Assembly: GCF_018350175.1 (NCBI RefSeq)
Contig: NC_058383.1
Location: 23,066,001-23,130,000 of the forward strand
Length of the DNA: 64,000 bases
DNA from: Felis catus
Lineage: Eukaryota
Reading direction: 5' to 3'
A program made the translations under genes and the position numbers. Below are positions 62,030-64,000 of this stretch, piece by piece (the first letter of the stretch is position 1; the number at the start of each line of letters is the position of its first letter). The notes under the pieces were generated by a model. That model ran no database searches, was not told the DNA's origin, and worked only from the letters and a program-made list of their open reading frames with translations.

Positions 62030-62420
62030 TAACATACATGCATTCATTCATGCATGTCATTCATGCAGTGACTATTGAGCTTGGCACAGAAGTTAACCAA
62101 AAGGCAAACATCTTTGTCTCTACAGAGCTTACGTTCTAATGCTGGGGAGACAGGCAAGAAACACAGTCAATACATAAAGTATATGGCACGTTAAGAACAG
62201 TAAGTGCTCTGGGGCAAAATAAGGCAGGCAAGACATATAGAAGTTCTGGAGGTTGGAGGAGAGGTGATCAGGGAAGCCTTCCCAGAAGGCAAGGTTTGAG
62301 AAAAGTCCTGAAAGGTGAGAAAGTGAGCCCTGAAGAAGGCAAGCCTGGACAGAGGGAACAGAACTTTGCCTAATCCTGGAGCAGCCAAGATGCAGGACCC
62401 TGACCCCCAGGTGCAAAGCC
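62030..62420 (-). mobile_element. L2 fragment
   Basis: cattcattca...cagagcttacgttctaatgctggggagacag...ggtgatcagggaagccttcccagaagg. Confidence 0.7.
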
Positions 62421-62879
62421 CTGAGTGACTCCCAATACAGAGGGAAGCCATACAAAATCCCGTTGCTCTCATCTCATTGTGGCAACAAAATTTGACCTGC
62501 TCCTCACCACTGGGTGGGCACAGGGGCTGTTAACTAAGCCCTGCCAACAGTTACCACCTTCTTCTCATGAAGTCAGGTCTGATCTGTTCAATGAACCCCA
62601 ATTAAGCACTGATTCCATTGTCTGGACCTAAACTTGAAGGTCAGAGACTGGTCAACAAACCTGACACAGAAAATCTCAATCACAGTTGGAATCTCAAGTG
62701 TGAGGAACTGAGCAGGGTCATGGAGGGTGGTGTCGGGGCTGTCCACCTCTGACATTCTCTCATTCCATACCCTGCTCGCTCATACTCTAGGCTCTTTCTG
62801 GGTCTCAGGGCTACCAAGTCTGTACCTGCTGCAGGACTCTAGCTGTCTCTTTCCCTTGAATTCTCCCCAGGCCTTCCAG

Positions 62880-63135
62880 GGGTGAGTATTTAGGCTTAGG
62901 ACAAATGTTTCCTCTTCAGGAAGGCCTGCAGGGCTACCCTGCAGCCTGTGTGCTGTCACTCTGTGCCTCGTTCTTATTTCCTTCTTATCACTGCCACCAT
63001 CTGAAATGATTGGTGCTGGTGTCCCCTCTCCCTCATCCTCTCCAGGAGAGCTAGGACCCAGTTTCTCCCATTCACCCCTCCATCCCTGGTGCCTAACAAA
63101 CAGGAGGTGCTCAATAAATATCAACCAATGAATAA
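62880..63135 (+). mobile_element. L2 3' end
   Basis: aaatgtttcctcttcaggaaggcct...ggaggtgctcaataaatatcaaccaatgaat. Confidence 0.65.
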
Positions 63136-63228
63136 TTGATGTGTTCTTGAATAACCTACACATCTGAGTGTCTCTCCTCCTACCCACAGCCCTCTGCCTA
63201 CTGTTCAGGCCTGTGTGGCACATGCTTT

Positions 63229-63379
63229 AGAGTTTGATTTTTTTTGAGCTTATTTATTTATTTATTTATTTAGAGAGATAGAGAAAGAGAGAGGCAGAGA
63301 GAGAGAATCCCAAGCAGGCCCTGAGCCACCAGCACAGAGCCTGACGCAGAGCTTGATCCCACAAACCATGAGATCATGG
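63229..63379 (-). mobile_element. 5'-truncated CAN-SINE
   Basis: gagagaatcccaagcaggc...catgagatcatg. TSD tgtgtggcacat. Confidence 0.88.
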
Positions 63380-63444
63380 TGTGTGGCACATTCTTGGATG
63401 CTCCCACTGGCCATGAGAACTGTTGTTATCCATCTTGCAAGACT

Positions 63445-63590
63445 TAGGGCAATGTAGTGATTAAGAACATGAATTGGGGATCCAGATGGGCTTGCTTTGA
63501 CATCTGGCTCTGCCCCTTACAAACGGTGCACCCTGGGCAAGTTAATTAACCTCTTTGAGCCTCGGTTTTCCCACCTGAGCAGAGGACACT
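63445..63590 (+). mobile_element. MIR
   Basis: ccctgggcaagttaattaacctctttgagcctcggttttcccacctg. Confidence 0.75.
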
Positions 63591-64000
63591 TTCAGTAAAT
63601 AGTAGCCTTTGTTATTCTGCCCAGTGTTTACCAGATTCCTATGTCCCAGAAGGGTGGCTTGTACCACTTTCCTCCCAAGATGAAAGCCTTGGCCTAGGCT
63701 GGATCCTCCAGAGACCCCTGCAGAGGGATGGACACATCGAAAAAGTCCAGGCTCAGTGATTGTGCCTCTGGGGACCAAGAGTTAATGATCCAGGAACAGT
63801 TAATGAGCTTCCTCCTCTGCTCTCTCCCATCGCAGGTGGCATGGCAGCCTTCCAGCCCAGCGGCTGCTCCCTGCACCTGCCCCCTCCACATCCAATTTCT
63901 TTGCAGTGTCCTAAAAAGCTAACCAAGCTGAAATCACTTATACCAAGGCTCTAAAACTCCTGCACCATTATTCAGTGTTCTCAAGGCTTCAACCTCATCA

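Noticed and set aside
1..64000. Prokaryote-type systems (CRISPR array, operon, defence island) or a novel multi-gene system
   Set aside because: The DNA is intron-containing mammalian sequence. There are no repeat-spacer arrays or dense ORFs, and all convincing coding sequence belongs to USP31.

Overview
This is mammalian DNA, very probably felid: it is dense in tRNA-Lys-derived CAN-SINEs of the SINEC_Fc type. Bases ~1-27.1 kb hold the 3' half of the deubiquitinase gene USP31 on the + strand. Seven coding exons were reconstructed by hand with GT-AG boundaries and matching phases (852-929, 1511-1640, 6693-6812, 9075-9300, 15025-15183, 16627-16779, 18921-20491). They encode the C-terminal part of the USP catalytic domain and a ~520-aa Ser-rich tail, followed by a ~6.6 kb 3' UTR ending near AATAAA at 27100. 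The remaining ~37 kb shows no recognisable gene. It is intergenic sequence made of SINEs, old L1, L2 and MIR fragments, MER DNA transposons, solo LTRs and several repeat-free, motif-dense blocks that may be enhancers. I found no convincing new biological system. The best leads are a decayed Ty3/Gypsy integrase-like relic at ~50.7-51.1 kb, two candidate intronic polyadenylation isoforms of USP31, an inverted SINE cluster in one intron, a CpG-rich block with a small ORF at ~33.7-34.6 kb, and nested or inverted LTR insertions. Repeat family names and boundaries are assigned by eye and are approximate.
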